A stretch of DNA of 64,000 nucleotides, from positions 785 to 64,784 of the forward strand of contig CAZHXN010000002.1 of assembly GCA_964536415.1 (NCBI GenBank), given 5' to 3'. Of this stretch, positions 38,476-47,003 are shown piece by piece (the first letter of the stretch is position 1; each line of letters opens with the position of its first letter). The position numbers and the translations under genes were made by a program. The notes below the pieces were generated by a model. That model did not search any database. It had not been told where the DNA came from and saw only the letters and a program-made list of their open reading frames with translations. Source of the stretch: an uncultured bacterium (GTDB taxonomy: Bacteria; Cyanobacteriota; Cyanobacteriia; B231).

Positions 38476-41370
38476 ATGTCTTCTGCTACTGACCTACTCC
38501 AGGAGGGGATCAAGGCTGTTCGCCAGGGGCGCTACGCTGAGGCGATCGCCCCCCTGATAGCCTTTTCCCAGGCATGCACTAACCCGCAATCGATGGACTT
38601 TTTACAGGCCCAGCGCGGTTTGCTCAAAGCCTATCAAGCTACGGGGCAAATTGATGCCGCCCGTGACCTGTGCCAACGGTTGCTAGAGATTGATGATCCG
38701 GCCATCAGGGCATTGGCCAATAAGGCCCTGGCGGCTCTGGCTAGTGCCGAAACCGCCCCCAGCCCTGAACCCTCAGCAGCGGCACCCTCCACGCCAACCG
38801 CACCCTCCCCCGCCCAAACAGAGCGACTGGCTCTCCTGAAGCAGGGCATTGACCTAGCACGACGGGGGGATTACGCAGCCGCGATCGCGCCTCTGCAAGA
38901 ATATTCCGAAAGTTGCCCTAACCAGGGGTCTAACTATTTCCTGCAAGCCCAACGGGCGTTAGTAAAGTCATACCAAGCCCTGGGCCAAGTGGAGCAGGCG
39001 ATCGCCCGCTGCGAACAGTTCCGTGACAGCGAACATCCAGCCCTGAAAGCCTGGGCCAACCAATGTCTGGCTGCCCTTGCACCAGCCATGCCTACACCAG
39101 AGACCACAGCGACGGCCACTTCTCCGGTTGCACCAGAGGCATCGGCGGCAGCCACTTCCCCGGCTGGGCTAGACGCCGCTATGGTGGCTACCCCAAGACC
39201 GCGATCAGGTCGAGGAGTCAAGTCTACCAACACCTCAGCAATGGCCCTGCAAAAGGCGGGACGGGCAGCGAAGGCCGGGGTCAAGCTCACAATGGCGGGC
39301 GTGGGCGGCAGCTTAGTCCTAGCCTCCACGGCCACCCTGTCGTTACTGTTCGGCATGGTCTTTGTCCTGATCCTGGGTCTCCTCCTGATTCAAGACAGCA
39401 CCAACCCCACCCTGGGTTTGGCGATCGCCCTGGGTTTCACGCTCCTCTTCAATCTGGCCAGCTTTTTCATTGCACCGTTCTGGATGGATCTGCTGCAGGC
39501 TTGGCTCTACGGCACCCGTTGGGTCACCCTCAGCGACATTGAGCGACGCAGCCCGGAATCGGGGCGCACCATTCGCCGCGTCTGTGCCGAGTACAAGCTC
39601 AAGCAACCGCGCCTGGGCCTGATCTCCGACCAGAATCCTACGGCATTTACCTATGGCTCTTTCCCCAATGCCTCGCGCCTAGTGGTGAGTCAGGGGCTGT
39701 TTACCTATCTGGATGACGATGAGATTGCGGCGGTCTATGCCCATGAGTTGGGACACATTGTCCATTGGGACTTTGCCATCATGACCCTCGCTTCGACACT
39801 GGTGCAAACAGCTTATCTTGTCTATGTCTACGTCCGCCGGATGACCACCCATCTCGGTAAGAAGCAACGGGAAGCGGCGACTAATTTAGCACTGGCGGCC
39901 TACGTTTTTTATGTGATTGGTACCTATCTCCTGCTCTATCTGTCGCGGGTGCGGGAATATTTCGCCGATCATTTTGCGGCTGAGGTGACGGGGAACCCCA
40001 ATGCCCTGTCCCGTGCCCTCGTGAAAATCGCCTATGGCATTTTAGAGGAAGGCAAACGGGCCGAGGAACCCAGTCGCCTAGTGGAAGGGACTCGTGCCCT
40101 GGGGATTTATGACGCCCGTGCCGCAGCGGGGGTGGGGACGGCCTATCGAGTGGTTTCGGAACCGGCCCAGATCGGACGGGTTTTCCTCTGGGATTTGTTT
40201 AACCCCTGGGCCTGGTGGATGGAGTTGAACTCAACGCACCCCTTGACGGGGAAACGGGTCCGGGCGCTCTCCACCTATGCGGAACAGTTGGGCCTGGATG
40301 TCGAGTTTGACATGGGTAAGGTGGTGGCTGAAGGCAAGAAGCTGAATAAGCGCAAGCTCTATGGTCACTTTGTCCTGGATGTGTTGCTATACTTGTCGCC
40401 GGTGATCGGGTTCCTGGTGGGGTTAGCCGTGGGTATCGCCCTTTTCCTGTGGACCTGGAATTGGGGGGCGTTGCTGGGCATGATGCTTCTGGGCTTTGGC
40501 ATCGGCCAGTTGTGCCAAACCCTGGCTCTGTTCCCCAATTTCGGGCGGGCACCCCAGAAGGATATCTTGACGCTCATGTCTGATCCCTATGCCAGTCCCC
40601 TGCGCGGTCAACCCGTCAAGTTGGCGGGGACTGTGATTGGTCGGGGCGATGCGGGCTATCGCTTTGGCTCCGATCTCAAATTCCAGGATGGGACGGGGAT
40701 GGTCTTTGTGCGCTATAGTTCGCGCTTTGGGCCGTTGGGCAACTTCCTGTTTGGGGCCAGTCAGGCAGACGGCTTTGTGAACCGAGAGGCGAGTGTGACG
40801 GGGTGGTTCCGGCGGGGGGTGATGTCTTGGGTGGATCTCATCCAACTGCGTCGCCAAAACGATGGCCGGGTTGTGAACAGTTATCACCGCTTCTGGGGGT
40901 TCCTGCTGGCGATCGGCGCGATCGTGCTTAGCTTCTTGATTATGGCCAATACTCCTGCCCCCCAAGGCAAACCCTTCCCGGCTGGTCAGGGGCCGACAAC
41001 GGGCGTGGTGGCAGCGGATGTCCCCAGTTTGCAGGATGAGTGGGTCCCGGTCGGTAAAGTGGGCGAAATGGCGATCGCGGTTCATACCGACTCTTTAAGC
41101 AAAACCGGAACCACAGCCCAAGTGTGGGCTAGTATGAAGCCAGCGAATGTCTCCACCCAAATCCAAGAAGAGATCCCCACCCAACTGCAACAGATGACCG
41201 TCAATTGCCCAACCAAAATGGTGCAATGGCAGCGGTCAGTGATCGTTGATTCGTCGGGGCAAGTGCTCGTGGATAGCCAAACGGCAGAGATGCCAGCAGC
41301 GTCACCCCCCTCGCAACTGGCCACGGTAGAAAATGGTCTCGATCCGATTGTCCGTTACGTCTGCCGTTAA
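38476..41370 (+). CDS. Large multidomain M48 (HtpX-like) metalloprotease: duplicated TPR-like N-terminal module, TM-embedded M48 core, extra TM block and C-terminal soluble domain
   Basis: 964-aa ORF. HELGHIVHWD (HExxH) and downstream EYFADHFAAE. Two ~85-aa N-terminal modules are ~45 percent identical to each other. Confidence 0.88.
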   Translation: MSSATDLLQEGIKAVRQGRYAEAIAPLIAFSQACTNPQSMDFLQAQRGLLKAYQATGQIDAARDLCQRLLEIDDPAIRALANKALAALASAETAPSPEPSAAAPSTPTAPSPAQTERLALLKQGIDLARRGDYAAAIAPLQEYSESCPNQGSNYFLQAQRALVKSYQALGQVEQAIARCEQFRDSEHPALKAWANQCLAALAPAMPTPETTATATSPVAPEASAAATSPAGLDAAMVATPRPRSGRGVKSTNTSAMALQKAGRAAKAGVKLTMAGVGGSLVLASTATLSLLFGMVFVLILGLLLIQDSTNPTLGLAIALGFTLLFNLASFFIAPFWMDLLQAWLYGTRWVTLSDIERRSPESGRTIRRVCAEYKLKQPRLGLISDQNPTAFTYGSFPNASRLVVSQGLFTYLDDDEIAAVYAHELGHIVHWDFAIMTLASTLVQTAYLVYVYVRRMTTHLGKKQREAATNLALAAYVFYVIGTYLLLYLSRVREYFADHFAAEVTGNPNALSRALVKIAYGILEEGKRAEEPSRLVEGTRALGIYDARAAAGVGTAYRVVSEPAQIGRVFLWDLFNPWAWWMELNSTHPLTGKRVRALSTYAEQLGLDVEFDMGKVVAEGKKLNKRKLYGHFVLDVLLYLSPVIGFLVGLAVGIALFLWTWNWGALLGMMLLGFGIGQLCQTLALFPNFGRAPQKDILTLMSDPYASPLRGQPVKLAGTVIGRGDAGYRFGSDLKFQDGTGMVFVRYSSRFGPLGNFLFGASQADGFVNREASVTGWFRRGVMSWVDLIQLRRQNDGRVVNSYHRFWGFLLAIGAIVLSFLIMANTPAPQGKPFPAGQGPTTGVVAADVPSLQDEWVPVGKVGEMAIAVHTDSLSKTGTTAQVWASMKPANVSTQIQEEIPTQLQQMTVNCPTKMVQWQRSVIVDSSGQVLVDSQTAEMPAASPPSQLATVENGLDPIVRYVCR

Positions 41371-41393
41371 TGCCAAGATACCAATGGTCCCTC

Positions 41394-41535
41394 ATCCCCT
41401 ACCCCCCCCCGTTTGCGGGGGGATGGGGGGAAGGGGAGCTGGACTGTCAAGTCCCTCTCCCGCTCTGGGAGAGGGATTTAGGGTGAGGGCCGCAGCCGGC
41501 GGCTGCACCCAGCCTACCCAGGTAAAACTGGACGT
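41394..41535. repeat. Hairpin-rich repeat family, copy 3
   Basis: Near-identical to 1423-1560 over ~130 nt (CCCCGTTTGCGGGGGGATGGGG.GAAGGGGAGC.GGA.T.TCAAGTCCCTCTCCCGCTCTGGGAGAGGGATTTAGGGTGAGGG). Confidence 0.7.
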
Positions 41536-41599
41536 TGGGGGAGTTTAGACGCCCCCTGTTCCCGGTGCTTTCTCTAAGAGCGACGTCGTTGTTGTAGGA

Positions 41600-41755
41600 C
41601 TAACTGGCTGACGAGGAGCGACGGCGGCGACAGCGCTCCGAACAATACTTAACTTCATCCCAACAGGTGGCCCATTTTTTCCGCCAAGTGAAAGGTCGCT
41701 GGCAGACAGGGCAGATTTTTTGAGGTAAGTCGGATTTGCGGATCTGGCGGGGCAT
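41600..41755 (-). CDS. DUF2256 family small zinc-ribbon protein (51 aa)
   Basis: Below the ORF-track cutoff. Manual translation gives [51 protein letters not shown]: CxxC ... WRKKW ... VKYCSxxC, the DUF2256 pattern. Confidence 0.75.
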   Translation of the reverse strand: MPRQIRKSDLPQKICPVCQRPFTWRKKWATCWDEVKYCSERCRRRRSSSAS

Positions 41756-41950
41756 GGGGGTGAGGAGTGAGGATGTGCTTATTTTGCTTTTGTTTTTTTG
41801 CTGATTGTGCCTCGATCTTCTCGCGACCTATGGTAGAAAGGTAGCCACCTAGCCGTTGATCGGGGTACCGGGTTTTTACCCTTGGCCAGGTTGTCGGGTG
41901 TCGGAGTTGCCCTTGGCCAATGTCTACTTTGTTGCTGTGAGCCTGTGCCC

Positions 41951-42898
41951 ATGTCTGCGATCGCCGACCTATCCCCATCTGGAACCGGGTTAGAGCATGT
42001 CCGGATTGTTCTGGTTGAGCCAGCAGGTGCCCGCAATGTGGGGGCGATCGCGCGGGTGATGAAAAACTTTGGGCTACGCCACTTGGTTTTGGTCAATCCC
42101 CACTGTGATCCCCTAGGAGCAGAGGCCCGACAGATGGCGGTTCATGCGGCGGATCTCTTGGCCCAGGCGCGATCGGTCACTAGCTTGCCAGCCGCCCTCG
42201 CAGGTTGTCAGCGGGCGATCGCGACGACTGATCGGCCTCGCACGCTCAATATTCCCCTAGAGGCTCCCCGCACTGCACTTCCCTGGCTCCTGGAAGCACC
42301 CGCTGCCCTTATTTTTGGGCCTGAAGATCGGGGTCTCAATAACCAGGAACTCAACCATGCCCAGCGTTGGGTCAGCATTCCCACCAGTGGGGAGTACTCT
42401 TCCCTCAATCTGGCCCAGGCGGTAGCGGTTTGCTGCTATGAGTTACACTTGAGCCAGCGGTCCGGCGCTGCCCCCCCGTCCACCACTTCCACCGAGGTCA
42501 CGCTCCAAAGCATGGGTCCAGTCCTCGCTCCGGCCCTGGATGCAGCGACATCGATAAAAAACTTAACCTCTGTTTTACCGGACCCGACAGCCATCCCAAC
42601 GGCTACATCCCTTGATAATTCTGAATTGCCAGCAACGTTAGAGGCATTAGCTGCCTATTATGCACATTTAGAAGCCGTCCTCCTAAAAATCGGTTATCTT
42701 TATGCCCATACTGCGGCGAGTCGAATGCAAAAGTTCAAAAGACTTTATAATCGCTGTCAACTTTCCGCTAATGAGCTAGCCATGTTGCGCGGCATGTTAA
42801 GACAAGTCGAATGGGCGATGGCTAACCCGCAGGCTAACGCGATCGCAGTTAACCCCGTTCCAATTGCCGATACTTTGGACCAGTCTGGCAGTGAATAG
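41951..42898 (+). CDS. SpoU/TrmH-class RNA 2'-O-methyltransferase (TrmJ-like) with long C-terminal extension
   Basis: ORF 41882-42898; the ATG at 41951 is preferred. RIVLVEPAGARNVGAIARVMKNFGL, LIFGPEDRGL and IPTSGEYSSLNLAQAVAVCCYEL are SPOUT motifs. Confidence 0.85.
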   Translation: MSAIADLSPSGTGLEHVRIVLVEPAGARNVGAIARVMKNFGLRHLVLVNPHCDPLGAEARQMAVHAADLLAQARSVTSLPAALAGCQRAIATTDRPRTLNIPLEAPRTALPWLLEAPAALIFGPEDRGLNNQELNHAQRWVSIPTSGEYSSLNLAQAVAVCCYELHLSQRSGAAPPSTTSTEVTLQSMGPVLAPALDAATSIKNLTSVLPDPTAIPTATSLDNSELPATLEALAAYYAHLEAVLLKIGYLYAHTAASRMQKFKRLYNRCQLSANELAMLRGMLRQVEWAMANPQANAIAVNPVPIADTLDQSGSE

Positions 42899-44672
42899 AG
42901 CACAGAACCAACCCTCCAACCCCCAGTTTGGCGAACAGTTTGGCGCAGAGTCAGACAAGACTGCCCCCCTGCGTCCGCGACGGCGGGCGCGTGCCCGCAC
43001 CGCTCCGAAGGGACCGAATCTCTCTGTGGTGGTGCATCCCTCGGCACGATCGGCCAGTCAACGTAGTCAGGCAGATACGCCCCCCTTGCCCAGTGACCCT
43101 TTGCAACGGGCCAGACTGCAACACCGAACTGGGCGGCTGTCTTCGGCTGGTAGCAGCCCAGCACGGGAGTGGGACCCTTTGTCGGACTTGGTCGGGCCGC
43201 CTCCCAGTTTACCCAGCCAGCGGCATCGGGTAGGGATGCGCCCGACACCCGAATCTGGCCGTGACGAGGTGCGGGCGGGGGGAGATCCGCGACGGCGATC
43301 GCGCGGACGGCGACGGACCAGTCTTCCCCTTAGTAGTGCTGCGAGTTTTACCAATACTGGCAGTGCCTATGCTGCACCGGGTCAGCAAACAATGGCTCGC
43401 CCAGGTAAGGCGGCATCCCGTAGCAGCCCTTTGCGGCAGCGATCGCGCCTTTTGGCCCCCTTCCTTTATGCCCTGCGGCTGCTGATCTTGGGCGTGGGCT
43501 TGGGGGTGATTGCAGGGACGGTCTTATCCGTGTGGGACCCGACAGGGCGCTACATGACGGGCATTGGGCCGACGGGTGAACAAACCTTGCCCACGGAAAC
43601 GACGACGCAACCGGAAGCTCCCCCTGCCATCACGCCAGCCCTGGATCTAGGGCAGGAAATGACGGCGCTCAAGCAACAGGTGCAATCCCTGGCAAGTGCC
43701 CAGCCGGATCTGACGCCGGGGGTATTTATGATCGACCTGGATACCAATGCCTATGTCGACCTCAACGGCAGCATGGCGTTTCCGGCAGCCAGCATGATCA
43801 AGGTGCCGATTCTGGTGGCGTTTTTCCAGGACGTGGATGCGGGTAAGATTCGCCTCGATGAAGAACTGCCCCTCACGGAGGATGTCATTGCGGAGGGGTC
43901 GGGAGATTTGCAATATCAGCCGATCGGGAGTAAATATTCCGCGTTGGAAACGGCGACGCTGATGATTGTCATCAGTGACAATACGGCTACGAATATGCTG
44001 ATCAAACGGTTAGGGGGCAAGGAAGCGCTCAATCAACGTTTCCAAAGTTGGGGCCTCTCCCATACGGTCATCAACAGTCCGCTGGCGGATCTGGCGGGCA
44101 CGAATACCACGACCCCGAAGGATCTGGTTAGCTTGTTGGCCCTGGTCAATCGGGGGGATCTGGTGTCCTTACGATCGCGGGATCGATTGCTGGACATCAT
44201 GCGGCGCACTGAAACCAATACGCTCCTGCCCCAGGGGTTGGGTCCCAATGCCACGATCGCCCACAAGACGGGTGATATTGCCTCAACAGTGGGGGATGTG
44301 GGGTTGATCGATCTGCCTGATGGCAAGCGCTATTTGGCTACGGTGATTGTGAAGCGTCCGGATAATGACGATCGGGCACAGGAGTTAATCCGGCAAATTT
44401 CTAAGGTCAGCTATACGGCCTTTGAGCAACAGGCCGCAGCCACTCCAACCCCAGCCCCCGCCATCCCGACAGATCCAACGGCGGCTCCCACCGGTGCGAT
44501 CGCACCGACGGCCCCCAGTGCGCCGGGAACGCCCCCTAGTCCCTCAGCTGATCCCACGGCCTCCACCCGTGAACCCAGGATCGATCCGACTGGCGAAGTT
44601 ACCCCAGGGGTATCGCCTGGACCGGCAGCCCAACCCAACGCTACACCGGCAGCTCCAACACCAGAACCCTAA
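42864..44672 (+). CDS. Class A beta-lactamase-related serine hydrolase with Arg/Pro-rich N-terminal region, one TM helix and Pro/Ala-rich C-terminal tail
   Basis: Catalytic motifs SMIK (SxxK), SDN (VISDNTATN) and KTGD (HKTGDI). The start is uncertain: the ORF is open from 42864 (overlapping the upstream gene by 35 nt), with alternative ATGs at 43236 and 43392 (MARPGKAAS... just before the TM helix). Confidence 0.75.
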   Translation: MPILWTSLAVNRAQNQPSNPQFGEQFGAESDKTAPLRPRRRARARTAPKGPNLSVVVHPSARSASQRSQADTPPLPSDPLQRARLQHRTGRLSSAGSSPAREWDPLSDLVGPPPSLPSQRHRVGMRPTPESGRDEVRAGGDPRRRSRGRRRTSLPLSSAASFTNTGSAYAAPGQQTMARPGKAASRSSPLRQRSRLLAPFLYALRLLILGVGLGVIAGTVLSVWDPTGRYMTGIGPTGEQTLPTETTTQPEAPPAITPALDLGQEMTALKQQVQSLASAQPDLTPGVFMIDLDTNAYVDLNGSMAFPAASMIKVPILVAFFQDVDAGKIRLDEELPLTEDVIAEGSGDLQYQPIGSKYSALETATLMIVISDNTATNMLIKRLGGKEALNQRFQSWGLSHTVINSPLADLAGTNTTTPKDLVSLLALVNRGDLVSLRSRDRLLDIMRRTETNTLLPQGLGPNATIAHKTGDIASTVGDVGLIDLPDGKRYLATVIVKRPDNDDRAQELIRQISKVSYTAFEQQAAATPTPAPAIPTDPTAAPTGAIAPTAPSAPGTPPSPSADPTASTREPRIDPTGEVTPGVSPGPAAQPNATPAAPTPEP

Positions 44673-44749
44673 CCTTGGCCAGTAGTCACCACCATGCCTG
44701 CCCGATCGGACTATTGTGGTAACTATTGTGGGTATTACGGGGAGCTACT

Positions 44750-45697
44750 GTGTTTTTTAGTGTTGTCATCCCAACCTATAATCGCCTACCCATTCTGGAG
44801 AAATGTCTCTGGGCGCTGGCCCAACAACGGTGGGAGCCAACCGTGGGCATTACGGGGTACGAGGTGGTGGTGGTAGATGATGGTTCAACCGATGGCACGA
44901 TTGCGTGGTTGACGACCCACCGGGAGGAACTCTCCCCAGTGCGCTGGTTAGAGCAGGCGCATCTCGGCCCTGCTGCGGCCCGAAATTTGGGTGTACAAGC
45001 GGCCAAGGGGGAATGGATTATTTTTATCGATAGTGATCTGGTGGTGACGGACACCTTTTTACAGGCTCATGCCCAACGGTTACGTCAGGAACAGGCGCGA
45101 TTAGGTCTCCAAACGCTAGAAAAACTACCTTGTTTTACCTATGGCCGGGTCATTAATACCTGTAATTTTGAGCATCCAACCGCAGAACCGTATAAAGTGA
45201 CCGATTTTTCGGCAGCCTATTTTGCAACCGGTAATGTGGCGATCGCCCGTCATTGGCTGGAAACCGCCGGGTTATTCGATACCCAATTTCAACTCTATGG
45301 CTGGGAAGATTTAGAACTGGGAGTACGCCTGAAAAAACTGGGATTACGGTTACTCAAATGTCCCGAAGCGGTGGGATATCACTGGCATCCCCCCTTTGCC
45401 CTCAGCCAGATTCCCAGCCTCATTGACAAGGAAATTCAACGGGGACGGATGGGGGTTTTGTTCTATCAAAAACATCCGACCTGGGAAGTTCGGATGATGA
45501 TCCAGATGACCTGGCTGCATCGCCTTCTCTGGGGTATCTTATCGCTGGGGGGATTCCTCAATGAAAAGACAATGGCTCCGCTGTTGCAATGGCTGATCGA
45601 TCGCGACCAACCCCAACTCGCCCTCGAAGTTGCCCGCATTTTCCTCAACTGGTACAACGTGCAGGGGGTTTATGCGGCCTATCACGAACAGCGCTAA
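44750..45697 (+). CDS. Family 2 glycosyltransferase (soluble, non-processive type)
   Basis: ORF 44726-45697. The GTG at 44750 gives VFFSVVIPTYNRLPILEKCL, with GGGGAG 5 nt upstream. VVVDDGSTDGT and FIDSDL motifs. Confidence 0.85.
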   Translation: MFFSVVIPTYNRLPILEKCLWALAQQRWEPTVGITGYEVVVVDDGSTDGTIAWLTTHREELSPVRWLEQAHLGPAAARNLGVQAAKGEWIIFIDSDLVVTDTFLQAHAQRLRQEQARLGLQTLEKLPCFTYGRVINTCNFEHPTAEPYKVTDFSAAYFATGNVAIARHWLETAGLFDTQFQLYGWEDLELGVRLKKLGLRLLKCPEAVGYHWHPPFALSQIPSLIDKEIQRGRMGVLFYQKHPTWEVRMMIQMTWLHRLLWGILSLGGFLNEKTMAPLLQWLIDRDQPQLALEVARIFLNWYNVQGVYAAYHEQR

Positions 45698-45766
45698 GAG
45701 CACCTTATCACAAAGTTTTGATAGGCAGCACAGAGGGTGCCTAACCACACCAGCACCAACCACAGG

Positions 45767-46150
45767 TCATGTCGTCGGCTTTTGGCTTTGCGGTCGTCGC
45801 AGATCTTGTGGCAGCGTTGGCAAATGGGCCACAAAGCCAGCCCAGGATTCACACTGGAAGGCCAGATCGACTAGCGCCTTTAGTTGTTCGGGCGTCAGCG
45901 GTTCTAGCTGGGCAGCTACGGTGTCCGGCACACTCGAAAAGCGATTGTTAAGAACTTTCAACAACAGGCGCAGGGCTTCTTCATGGCGACCTTCCTGTCT
46001 GCCTTCCTGTCTACCTTTCTCAATGCCAAGGCGCTCAATACTGGTGATATAGGGTATATTTCCCTCCTGTTCGTAGGCGGTGACGCTTTCCCAAACTTCG
46101 GCTTCGAGTGCTTGAGGTAATTGTAGAATCCAATCGATGAAACGGAAGAG
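45767..46150 (-). pseudogene. 3' remnant of a DUF4351/Rpn-type (PD-(D/E)XK putative transposase) gene
   Basis: Manual minus-strand translation gives LFRFIDWILQLPQALEAEVWESVTAYEQEGNIPYITSIERLGIEKGRQEGRQEGRHEEALRLLLKVLNNRFSSVPDTVAAQLEPLTPEQLKALVDLAFQC. This is only the C-terminal ~125 aa of a ~300-aa family. The frame is closed by a TAA just upstream. Confidence 0.6.
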
Positions 46151-46863
46151 GTTGCATTGAAGGAACAGTATTGGTTAAAATAATTCCCGCTAGCAGACAA
46201 GCCACAAAATCAGGCAATTTTAAGCCCAAAGCATTAATCACTGTACTGATTAATCACTGTACTGATTTGAAATCCCAGACCAATCGTTACTCCTAGCACC
46301 AGTAACGAGTAAAGCATGGTGTTATAATCAATTCTTACTAGTTGCTGATCTTGTTTAATCCCAACAGTGATATCGGTATACAGTTCTGATGTTTTGAGGT
46401 CATAGCAAGAAATCAACCACTGGGCGATCGGACCGCCAATTACTCCTCCCAAAACGAGGCCAAAGGTCGCACAGGCAATCCCAATTGCGAGGGCATTGAC
46501 AATGCCATGTTGCTCAACAAAGATGGGTGCCCACGCGATCGTCGTGCCATGCCCCCCAAAAGAGATACCGACCCTGCCAACACTCCCACTAAGGGATTGA
46601 GTCCCAGTGTCGCTGCTGTCACCACCCCCAGCAGGTTTTGCAACCACAGGGCATCACGAATATAGAGATTAAAATCAATCTGTAACTGCAATACGCCATA
46701 CAAGAGACCAAACAATAGGGAAGCCAGTACCCCCCCCCGACACTGCCTCAGGAATATTAAAAGTTTGCAACCAGCGAATTTTGTGGGGTAAATACTTACC
46801 GAGATACAGTACTAAGATGGCCATAATCGTCGTTTGGCGAACATCAAACTGCACAATATTCAT
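46151..46863 (-). pseudogene. gltS: Sodium/glutamate symporter GltS gene, frameshifted and 3'-truncated
   Basis: GltS-like pieces in three different frames: MNIVQFDVRQTTIMAILVLYLGKYL...NIPEAVSGG (46675-46863), QNLLGVVTAATLGLNPLVGVLAGSVSLLGG (46440-46715), GGHGTTIAWAPIFVEQHGIVNALAIGIACATFGLVLGGVIGGPIAQWL (46234-46647) and LKLPDFVACLLAGIILTNTVPS (46035-46241). Roughly the last third of the gene is missing. Confidence 0.7.
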
Positions 46864-47003
46864 GGTAAATAAGACCCTTGTTCAAGACGAAATGACAAGA
46901 AATTAAACTTCGTAATGCTTCAAAAGACTTTGCTCTTGGTAAGAGTACTATCCTCAGCTGCTCTGGCCTAGCACCGTTGCTGACATCCTGTTGGTATCAG
47001 ACA

